DNA of 53,824 nt from Vitrella brassicaformis CCMP3155. Its lineage: Eukaryota; Protista; Chromerida. Shown here piece by piece: positions 44,201 through 53,824 of this stretch. Under the pieces are notes generated by a model. That model saw nothing but the letters and a program-made list of their open reading frames with translations. It was not told the DNA's origin and searched no databases. The number at the start of each line of letters is the position of its first letter. Position 1 is the first letter of the stretch. The stretch lies in assembly GCA_001179505.1 (NCBI GenBank), contig CDMY01000546.1, positions 1-53,824 on the forward strand, in the 5' to 3' direction. The translations under genes and the position numbers were made by a program.

Positions 44201-47200
44201 CGTCGAGCTCGGGCTGGCTGGGGCGGGCGGCGGCGCCATCACGGCACTGCGGGCATTCAGACTTTTCAGGTGAGCTGGTGCCCGTCGTGTGAGGGAGAGC
44301 GGGTGCTCTAATGAAGTTGATGCGTGTGTGTCAAGGATATTTCGTTTGGCAAAGAGCTGGGTGTCCTTTCGGTGTCTGCTGCGGTCGATGCTGGCGATCC
44401 TGCTGGAGATGGGCAACTTCCTGGCGATCGTCATCATCTTTATACTCGTGTCCGCTCTCATCGGCGTGCATGTGAGACACACGAACAAGGAACAGCAGGC
44501 AAAGCTGTCCATGTACGTCCTGTCCGTCTGTCTCCGTCTATGTCATATGCATTCAGTTCTTTCGCGGAAGTAGGCCACGTCTGCAAACGACAGCATGTTG
44601 AGCGAAATGGCGTGACTGTTGTGTCACAGAGTTTTGTTTCCGCGAGAATGGAACGCCTGTCGATGTAGGGGCTGACCCAGACGCCTGTGAGGGCGATGAG
44701 GTGGAGATACCAAGAGTCAACTTCGACAATCTTCATCAGGCGCTGACAGTCATCTTCATCATCTTCACGGGAGAGGACTGGAACAGCGTAGGCACATAGA
44801 GAAAGAAGGACCGGCAAAGTGTCGGTGTGGTGGATTGATGTCTGGACTGTGTGCGTTGGGTTGGGTGCAGTTCATGTATGATGGGATGCGAGCGACGGGA
44901 TGGTGGGCGGCCTTCTACTTCATCATCGTCGTGGTGATTGGCAACTTCCTCGTCCTAAACATCTTCCTGGCCATCCTCATGTCCAACTTCGAACAACAGT
45001 CCACAAAAATTAGAGTACACATACGCCATGGCAGAGATTGATGGATGCTTCATGGACGGGTATGCCTCTCTCTCTCTGTTGATGTGGCCTGCAGGAGCGT
45101 GCTGAGAGCCAACGCAGGGAGAGGAAGGCTGCGGCAACCAAGAACATATCGCAGCTCATCGCCAACCTCAAACTCGCACCGCAGCAAAACGCCTTCGTGG
45201 GGACGTCCCCAGGACGATCAGAGGAGGGCGGGAAGATCGCGGCTGGAGGGGACAACACACCTGACGACACTCCAGTCGGAAACACAGCAGCGGTACGCCG
45301 AACAAGGGCTACTGCCTCCCCGGCATGTGTGGTTGTGCGTATGCCGTGCGTATGCAGGAGTATCCCCGTTCGACGTCGTCCGACATGGTCGTTGCCTTCC
45401 GTGACCACACACAGCTCAGTCCTGTCGCAGTGCACACCTTCCCGCCCAATGTGGTCGAGCCCCCACACAACGCCGACGCTGGTGCGGGGGTAGAAATGGA
45501 AAAGAGGCTTGACGGCACCAACCATCTCAGAGAGGAGCATGATTCGCATGTCGCTGTGGGGGAGTTGGAGAAGCCGACCAGCGACGGCGTCAAGCTACCG
45601 CCTCTGTCCGATGATGACGACGATGTGCCCCCTGCCAGTATCCCCGGCAAGAGTTTCCTGCGTCAGCAGACAGAGAGTCTCAGTTTCTGGGCCAAGAAGA
45701 GGGTGCGGCAGCTGGAGGGGGCGTCGCTGGCGGAGAGGGCCGGGGGATGCTTCTGGTTTGCGCTCGTGTGGGTCATCAACGCCGTCAAGAGGGTTCATGA
45801 AATCCCGCGGAGCTGGCTGGTCTTCCACAACGATTCAGCCGTCAGACAGATGGCCAAGCGAGTGGTAAGCCAATCAGTGAAGCACACTGCTTCTGTCTCT
45901 GGCGCATGCCTATGTGTCCCGGACAGGTGTCTGACAAGAGATTCGACTCGGCAATACTGGTGTGCATTGTCTTGTCGTCGGTTGCCATGGCTTGGGACAA
46001 TCCACTTGATGACCCCGACGATCCCGAGCAGTGGTTTCTGTTCTACTTCAACATCGTCATGACGTTCATCTTCACGGTCGAATTTATGCTCAAAACTGTC
46101 GCCAATGGTCAGTTGAGTCGACCCACCCCACCGACACACACGCAGAGAATGGGGGCCACATGTGTGGACGGTCTGGCTCGGTCTGGGCAGGTTTTTGTTT
46201 TGCAAAGAATGCCTATCTCCGCGATGCGTGGAATTGGCTCGATTTCTTCATAGTTGCCGGTCAGTAGGAGACAGGCAGGCAGGCAGGCCGAGAGGGATAG
46301 AGAGACACATGCACACCGAGAAGAGGCAGACAGATGTTCATCTTGAATCATCTTCTTTGGTGTCTGTCGGTGGCTCTCTGTGTTGCAATGCATGCAGTCT
46401 CTCTCGCCGGTGAGCCATGAGCCAGTCAATCAAGCTAAGCCCTGCCTGTGTTGCCATCCATTGATTGTCTCGTTCATGTAACCAACCGTCAGATCTGGCC
46501 AATCAGGAGTCCAAGCTGACGGGGAAGGATTCCCAAGGGGACAACTCGCTCAGCAGCCTGAAGTCTCTCCGTGCCTTCCGCGCACTGCGGCCGCTGCGCC
46601 TGATCTCACGGAACGAGAGTCTGCGGCTTGTGGTCAACACCTTGCTGCAGTCGGTGCCGTCGCTGCTCAACGTGCTGCTGGTGTCGGTCATCCTTTACCT
46701 CATCTTCGCCATCCTCGGCGTCAACTACTTCAAGGGTGCATTCGGCTATTGCGACGTCAGTGAGTGATTTCTGTGTGATATGGGCTGCCGCGACGCTCTC
46801 CTGTCTCTGTGTCTTGGTTGACTGACAGGGCATTGAGGATCTGCCTGAGGGCGTTGAGATCACGACAAAGGAGGAGTGCGAGAACAATGACGACACCAGG
46901 TGAACTAACTATGTGTGGCTCACACCGTCGGTAGCCGCCCGCCTGTGTCTGCATCGCACGAACCTGTCTCCTCGTGTGTCAGCTGGGAGTACCATGACGC
47001 GCATTTTGACGATGTGTTTGAGGCCATGTTCACGCTGTTCGAAATGTCCACCACCGAGGGATGGATCGACGTCCTCTACGCAGGTACCAAAGGTCTACGT
47101 GTGTGTGTGTGTGTGTGTGTGGAACGAATCGATGCACACCTTCCTTCTCGCATCGATTGCATGTAGGCATTGACGCTGTGGGCATCGACAAGGTGCCACG

Positions 47201-50104
47201 GCGGCACTGGAACCCCGCGGCGGGTCTGTACTTTGTGCTCTTCATGGTGGTCGGCTCCTTCTTCGTCCTCAACATGTGTGTGGGCGTCATCGTCGACACG
47301 TTCAACCGCCTCAAGCGTGAGGCGGGCTCGGTGCTGCTGACCCCGTCGCAGCTGCAGTGGGTGCGGCAGCAGCGGCAGCTCTTCCAAGCCAAGAGGCAGC
47401 TCATCACCTCAGCGGAAGTGCACTGGTCTCGCGCCTGGATGTATAGCTTGGTGACGTCTCGGCTGTTTGAGATGACCATCATGGCCTGCATTGTGCTCAA
47501 CACCGTCACTCTGGCGCTGCGGATATACCCCCCGCCATATGGCCTGTCGGACGACTACCCACTGCAGCTGAACCGCATCAACAACGCGTTCGTCGGTAAG
47601 CTCAGGGAAGAAACACACACACAGCCCGCCTATGCTCCATCGTGCTCCCTCGTGTGCAGTTGTCTTCAATGTCGAGTTTCTCCTGAAGTATGTCAGTCCA
47701 CCAGCGACCCTGCGGATGAGTCTTGGCATCATATATGATGTGTGTTCTGTGTCTGTCTGTAGGTTTTATGCGTTGCGTCTGGCGTATTTTTCGTCGGGTT
47801 GGAACATCTTCGACTTCATCTGTGTGCTCATCCCCGACATACAGCTCCTCTTGGAGGCCGTCACTCCTCACTCGGGAGACTCGTCCGTCTTCACTGTGGT
47901 AAGTAACTTTCTGTATGTATTTCCGCAGACACACGAGCGAGACATACTATCACACATGTCAAGTTGATGTGTGTGTTTGTGTTTGTCTTGAAACACAGGT
48001 GCGTGTGTTCCGCATTGCTCGTCTGTTCCGGCTGATCCGCTTCGCAAAGGGCCTTGATCGGCTGTTCCAGGCCTTCATCCTCTCCATACCCAAACTTGTA
48101 AGTGACTAGACGAGACGACTCCACACACAGAGAGACATGCCACGACCGAGTGAGTGTATTTATATGTGTCCGTGTGGTGCGTGCGTGCAGATCAATGTGG
48201 GTCTGTTGTTGTTCCTGCTGCTGTACATCTTTTCGATGCTGGGCATATCGCTGTTTGCCAAGGTGGGGTACAACGGGGACCTCAACGACCACGCCAACTT
48301 CAGGTCCACCGGATTCGCACTCCTCACCCTGTTCCGGTACACATACACACGCAGCTGGCTGGTCCCTCTCCCTCCCTTCCTCAATCCCTCCCTCCCTCCC
48401 TCCCTCCCTCATGGAATGCTCTCGCCGCCTGTGTGTGTGTGGTCAGCTGCATGACGGGCGAGGATTGGCATGCTGTAATGTATTCGACGGCCAACAGGAA
48501 GGACATCGAGAACCCCCTGTACCCGTGCAAAGCCGAGTGCCTCGACCCCTCCAACCCCCAGTCGTGTCTGTTCCCGGCCACGACCACGTGCAACTGCAAC
48601 TGCATGGAAGAGACCATCCCCTGCTGGGACGCGGCTGAGAGGGGCGACATGCGGTACAGGCAGCTGGCGGACGAGTGGGACGGCAACCCCATCCAGTGCG
48701 GCAACCAGTCAGCAGCCACCATGTTCTTCAGCACCTACACCGTCCTCATCACATTCGTCATCTTGAATCTCTTCATCGCCGTCATTCTGGTCAGTCAGTC
48801 CGGCTGGGCTGCCTTTCTCTGGCCTGACTTGCCGACGTGACGGGCAGACGTACGTATGTGTGTGGTGTCATGTCATGTGTGGCTCATCAGGATTCGTTTG
48901 AGGACAGCTCTTCCCACACGAGCTCAGAGTCGGACAACCAGCTCCTCGTCATACAGAGATTCATACGTACGCAGGGCTGATCGATCCATCCGTATCTAGG
49001 ACGGATGTGCGTATGTGTGTGTGCAGTATTGTGGCAGAAGTACGATCGTGACAACATCCAGCTCCTGCCGATCCCCAAGGTGATGGTCATCCTTCACAAA
49101 CTCGGACCTCCCGTCGCACCTGACCCAAAAAGCGACTACTCGGTACGCAAGCAAATCCACGACACCAAATTCATAAACACCCCTTTCTGTGCAGCGTCTG
49201 AAGCTGGCTGCCGGTGCCCCCAATCCCCCCCCAGCGGCCATTCCCGACCGCCCCAGCAGCCCCAAGGACGCCCACCCACCCGAACTATCGACGAGCCTGC
49301 CCCCCCAAGGCGGCTGGCTCGCCGAGCAGGAGGCGTCCCCGCCAACCAGCAAGCAGAAAGACCGGGGCGGGGGCGTCACGGGATTCTTCTCGAGCATATT
49401 GCCGCAGCCCAGAAAGGTCCGGCCCGCACCACCAGCGCCAGGGCGCTCCCAGAGCCTTGAGCCGACGGGTGCGCCGGGTGAGGCTGGCGAAGACTACATC
49501 AATCTCAGCACGAAATACACCAAACAGGTACGTGCAGTCGAGACAGTGGGCAGAAGAGATGTCCCTTGTGAGTGGTTGTGGGTTGTGTGTGTCAGTTGCG
49601 GCTGGCTGTGTCGGCTGACGGTTTTGTGACGTTTCACGACGCTGCTCTGGCGGTGCTGAGACGGCTCATCGGTCAGGGAGACACAGAGGTCATACGGTAA
49701 GTCAGTGTGCCCGCTGCCGCATGCATGCGTGTCTTGCCATCGTGGGTGTGATGGCCTTGCCCATGTGTGTGTCTATCTGTCTGTCCAGTGAGTTGCAAGA
49801 GTTTGAGAAGATGAGACCGCAACGGGCCCTGCACAGAGGCGTGTACATCTCACGCAAAATGGTCAGCCAGCCATACAATGCACCCATGCACGCCACGCCC
49901 AACACACAGTCGATGGCATGTGCATATTGATTGCAGGAGAGGACAAGTGAGATGCTGCGTCTAGAGGAGCTGACGGCCGTCCGCACCATCCAGGTCTGCT
50001 GGCGGGGGTGGAAAGACAAGGCCATCGCCAAGAGGGGCTCGATCGACAGGGCCTCTGTGGCCTCAGAAGAGCCCGTGCGCACACCAGTGGTGCATTCATT
50101 GTGA
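41245..50104 (+). CDS. Four-domain voltage-gated cation channel, Cav-type EEEE selectivity filter, C-terminal IQ motif
   Basis: Four S1-S6 repeats across more than 25 exons. Pore motifs TMEGW (E at 42684), TGEDW (44773), TTEGW (47056) and TGEDW (48460). S4 segments [36 protein letters not shown] and [16 protein letters not shown] motif [12 protein letters not shown] at about 49985. Confidence 0.96.
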
Positions 50105-50700
50105 TGGTGTGTGCGTGACGGGGTAGGGGTAGGGAGAGGCAGAGGGAAAGCTTTGTCACACTTCGGTGGATCGCAGCTTTTTTGCTCAACAGGAGGGCAT
50201 GGCGATAGCATCCATATGATATGGTAGGTCTTTTTGACAGTGGACAATCTGTGCAGCATCCTTTGCCTGTCTGACTGCGTGTGCGCATGGTGATGGTGAT
50301 GACAGCTGGTACGTTTCTGGGGGACGGACGTGTTGTCTGTCTGTGTGTCTGTGTGTGGCATCAATGACATGTTTTCACGCAATCAAGTATACATCAGTCC
50401 ACGCAAGCACACATACACTGCATCACGTCAATCGGTCCGCCACGCATCGCAAATGCACACGGTAGCTACACCGAGACACACAGGCCTGATCGATGTGCCT
50501 CCGGTCTCTCTTCCCTCCCTCTCTGCGTCAGTGGTTGGTCGTCTCAGCTGTCTTACTCCTGCACCCGCTTCAGCCTCAGCCGCTTCTGCTGGTTCGGCCG
50601 CTCAGCAGCAGCAGCAGCGGCAGCTGCAGCTGCAGGCGACAGGCGCGGGGCGGCGGGGCCATTCGTCTCAGGATCGCCGTACGGAAACGCTGTTCGAATG

Positions 50701-53592
50701 TCATATGTGGCAATGAAGACCACAAGTCCATGTTGTGGAGTGGGTGATGGGATATGCTCTCTCACCGTCTGCCCATGTGGCGTCATCGATATCGTCAGTC
50801 GGGCTCGGCTTTGGTTCACGCATCGCCTTCTTGCCCCCACTGTTGCCCATCGTCGGACCACCATGATGCTGCGGGTGGCGGCCGGCACCAAACCTGCTAG
50901 ACACACATATATCATCAACACACCATGTTGCGGCTGTATTTGATATGACGTGACCTTCCGTTGGCTGCCGCGCCGGGCATGGGCAGGGGACGGTATCGCT
51001 GCTGCTGCTGCTGCTGCTGGTGTTTCGGGAGATTGGGATAGCAGGCCGCCTGCTGCTGCTGCTGCTGCTTGGCCGACCCTCCAGCAGGGTTGTTGTGCTG
51101 CTTGCGGATGGCCTTCTGCGTCACACGACGGCACAAATCGTTAATCAGCCCACCCCTAGAGCTCAAAGAGACATAGGCGGACTCATGCAATGCGATACAG
51201 AGAGGGGTGTGTGTGTGTGTGTATGGGTGGCTGTGTCTTCTCACTCACTCGATGGCGAATGGGTTGAGTTCTGCCATGAATGGGATGCGATCGAGCGTGG
51301 CGTCCACCTGCAAACGGGACTGGCCGTCCAGCAGCACACCGACGTCATCGTCCTGCACGACACACACAGTACCACACCACACACGCCGAGCTGTGCTGAG
51401 ACACAGTGTGTGTTGTTCTGTGTGTGTGTGCGTCGTGCCTTGGTTGCGTGGTGCATGATAGGGCAGTAGAGTTCGTTGGGGATGATGCCCTGAGCAAAGC
51501 ACAGCACACAACATTGGGTCGAATTAATGAAGGTCGATCTCGTGCAGTGCACACAGATAATGGATGGGCGCGGCGCGTGCCGTGTCGTCAAGTCACTCAC
51601 TTGTACGAGCATGGTGTGTGCCTTGCCGGCCGGCATGGCGACGAACCAGCTCTCAACCAGAGACGACACACCAGCCAACTCTGCACACGTTCAACCATCA
51701 ATATATCACATCCAGATGCCCCGCTGGTGAGTGAGGTCTCTGTGCTCTCTTGACCGATGACCGACCGAGGAAGGGGTCGAGGCGTGACGAGAGCAGCAAC
51801 ACCTCATCCTCACCGCCACCACCACACACACACACAGAATGGATGAGTCCGCTAGTCAGTATATATCAGGTCCCACCACACCACACCACACCTTGTCTGC
51901 CAGTGAGCGTATGAGCTGCTGCGGGAACTCATCCACATCTGACTGAAGCGTGAACGGGATCCCTGTCAGCACACAACAACATACATACACACTCATAGGC
52001 CATGGCAGGCCGTCGGTGGCCAGCCAGATGTATATATACCATATAGGACGGCCTGGTCGAGTGATGAGCGGGGCAGCCGGTGCTTCGCCACAAACGACAC
52101 ACGACCCTTGGACAAGTTCTTCACCGACGACCTGACACACCACACCACACCACACACGACACACACCATGAAGACATTTGGATGAATCAATCGATGGAGG
52201 AGCGGATGGATGGATGGATGGATGGACTAACGCTTTAAGGAGCAGCATGGTGGCAACAGTGGCCTCCAACGTGATGCGCAGCTGCTGCAGGGCCAGCTCG
52301 GCCTCGAACGTGATGGACAGCAGGCGGCGGAAGAAACACACAACCTGATGCACCTCTGACATGCATGACAGACACCATACAGAACAGAATAGATGGGCGT
52401 GTGGGGGAAAGGATGAGTGTGTGTCATCATGATGTTCTGTCCATTATCCCTCACCGCACCGAGTGGTATGGTGACGAGCGAGAGGCACTCGTATGACGAC
52501 AACTCATGGGCAAGCCTGCACACCACCACACACCGACACACATGCAATGCCATGCCATGCCATGCAGCCGCTTGTCTTGTTGTTTCCCTCCACCCTTCCG
52601 TACTCCTGCAGCATTGTCTGTCGATGTGCCTTGGACGAGAAGGCATCGCTCGGGCAATCTGCAACGAATGCCCGGCAGAGACAGGCGTGGCGCTTTCTGG
52701 GGGTGTGTGCGCGTGTGTGTACACACCATCCATACCGTTGAGTGCGATGAGGTTGAGGAGGTGCAGGACGACGGCGTGGTCCATGGCTTGCAGGTTGGAG
52801 CACACGTCGCCCAGGCTCTGCTTGCACGGCACCAGCAACTCCAGACATCCAGACATGTACACTATGTGACTGCATTGCATCCCATGCACCACAATAACAT
52901 TTGCACAGACAGGCAACAAGCAAGCAACGACACACGGAAGAAAGAGCTCCCCTGGCTGGCCTCCCATCCCGCCTATCTATCTATCGTCTTGCCTGGTATC
53001 CTTCTTGGTGTTGTCAGTGGTGGTCTTGGCAGCCGGGGCGGCCTGGGCCTGCTGCTTGGGCGCTGAAGACATGATGTGCGCCGTCAAGGCGTTCAGACAC
53101 GCCTCACCCTGTAGGCACCCATCCATCCATCCACACAACACAGCACAGCCAATCAATGGATTGGATGTCTGCCTCGGTGGTGTGTGTTGTGTGGTCTCAC
53201 CCACCGGGTCTTCGGTGTCTGAGATGATGAGGCCCTTGTCGTCCAGTCCATCCATCAGGGACCACACCCCATCAGCGGTGTGGAGCAGCTCAGCGGGGTC
53301 AGCCTTGGTGGCACCCCGCAACACACGGAAACCCCCCTCAACCACCACTGCACAAAACATCATCCATCCATCCATCCATCCATCCATCGATCCATTGCAA
53401 ACGGCCGGCGTTTCTCTCACCCACCCCACCTGCACAGGCGATGGACAGCTGCTCCCGCTGCGAGAGCATGTGTGCGATGTCACGGCACACACGGGCGAGG
53501 ATCTCCACGAGCACATTCTTGACATCCTCCGGGTATGTCGAGCCGCCGCCCGACTCGCCGGCTCTCAGGTCCACCACCGTGTAGATCAGCAT
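50701..53592 (-). CDS. Hypothetical multi-exon protein with a Gln-rich C-terminus
   Basis: Series of coding-looking, mostly amphipathic-helical exons bounded by GT/AG and 3' (GT)n tracts on the minus strand (MLIYTVVDLRAG..; ..LQAMDHAVVLHLLNLIALNG; FFRRLLSITFEAELALQQL..). No family recognised. Some exon phases and the stop are uncertain. Confidence 0.65.
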
Positions 53593-53824
53593 CGCAGATC
53601 CTTCAATGCGGATGGCTGATCAGGCAGCCGCTGTGTTAAACGGAAAGAAGAGCGATCGGCCAGCTCTAAGGTGCGCGGCGAGGCTGATTCGGGCAATCAT
53701 TATCCGTCCCGATTGAGCGAAAAGGCCGGTGAGGACCTTTCCTGTAGTTAGCTGAATAGAGGATCTGCTGGGCGGTAAGTCCCAGAGTAAGAGTGCTTTT
53801 ACTTTAATAAGACCGATGGACTGG

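Noticed and set aside
53400-53592. Possible HU/CCDC81-like N-terminus in the last gene (DVKNVLVEILARVCRDIAHMLSQREQLSIACAGGFRV)
   Set aside because: The similarity is only a generic helix-strand pattern and cannot be supported without a profile search.
1-53824. Many short ORFs rich in HTHT, CVCV, DRQT or MDGW repeats
   Set aside because: Translations of intronic (CA)n, (GT)n, (GACA)n and (GGAT)n microsatellites.
1-53824. CRISPR array, prokaryotic operon or defence system, transposon, rRNA or tRNA
   Set aside because: No repeat-spacer periodicity, no transposase, RT or integrase motifs, no long terminal repeats, and no recognisable rRNA or cloverleaf sequence. The DNA is spliceosomal-intron-rich eukaryotic sequence.

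Overview
Eukaryotic, GC-rich, very intron-dense genomic DNA from a draft assembly with two 300-N gaps. The intron style (CA, GACA, CCAT and GT microsatellites) and gene content suggest a chromerid/alveolate protist such as Vitrella brassicaformis; this is an inference, not verified. I reconstructed 14 spliced protein-coding genes by hand: a DUF1254/DUF1214 protein (truncated at the left edge), a secreted DUF2237-like protein, PCNA, an RBBP6/Mpe1 homologue, a secreted LRR protein, ESCRT-III Vps2/CHMP2, a sugar-porter MFS transporter, an Rpr2/RPP21-like protein, a J-domain+UIM protein, a triple Cdc48-Nc-repeat RING ligase, NEDD8 E1 UBA3, a giant USP deubiquitinase, a four-domain EEEE voltage-gated channel and one hypothetical protein. 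No rRNA, tRNA, CRISPR array or transposon is evident. Three signals stand out. (1) Twelve of the genes form six tight head-to-head pairs, and every spacer carries the heptamer GCGAGCT (TGCGAGCT in five of six), a candidate bidirectional-promoter element. (2) Many introns have 5' (CA)n/(GACA)n and 3' (GT)n/(TGTC)n tracts in place of a polypyrimidine tract, suggesting structure-assisted splicing. (3) Four consecutive ubiquitin/UBL-system genes have unusual architectures. Coordinates are hand-derived start-to-stop spans that include introns; start codons are best guesses without RNA data.
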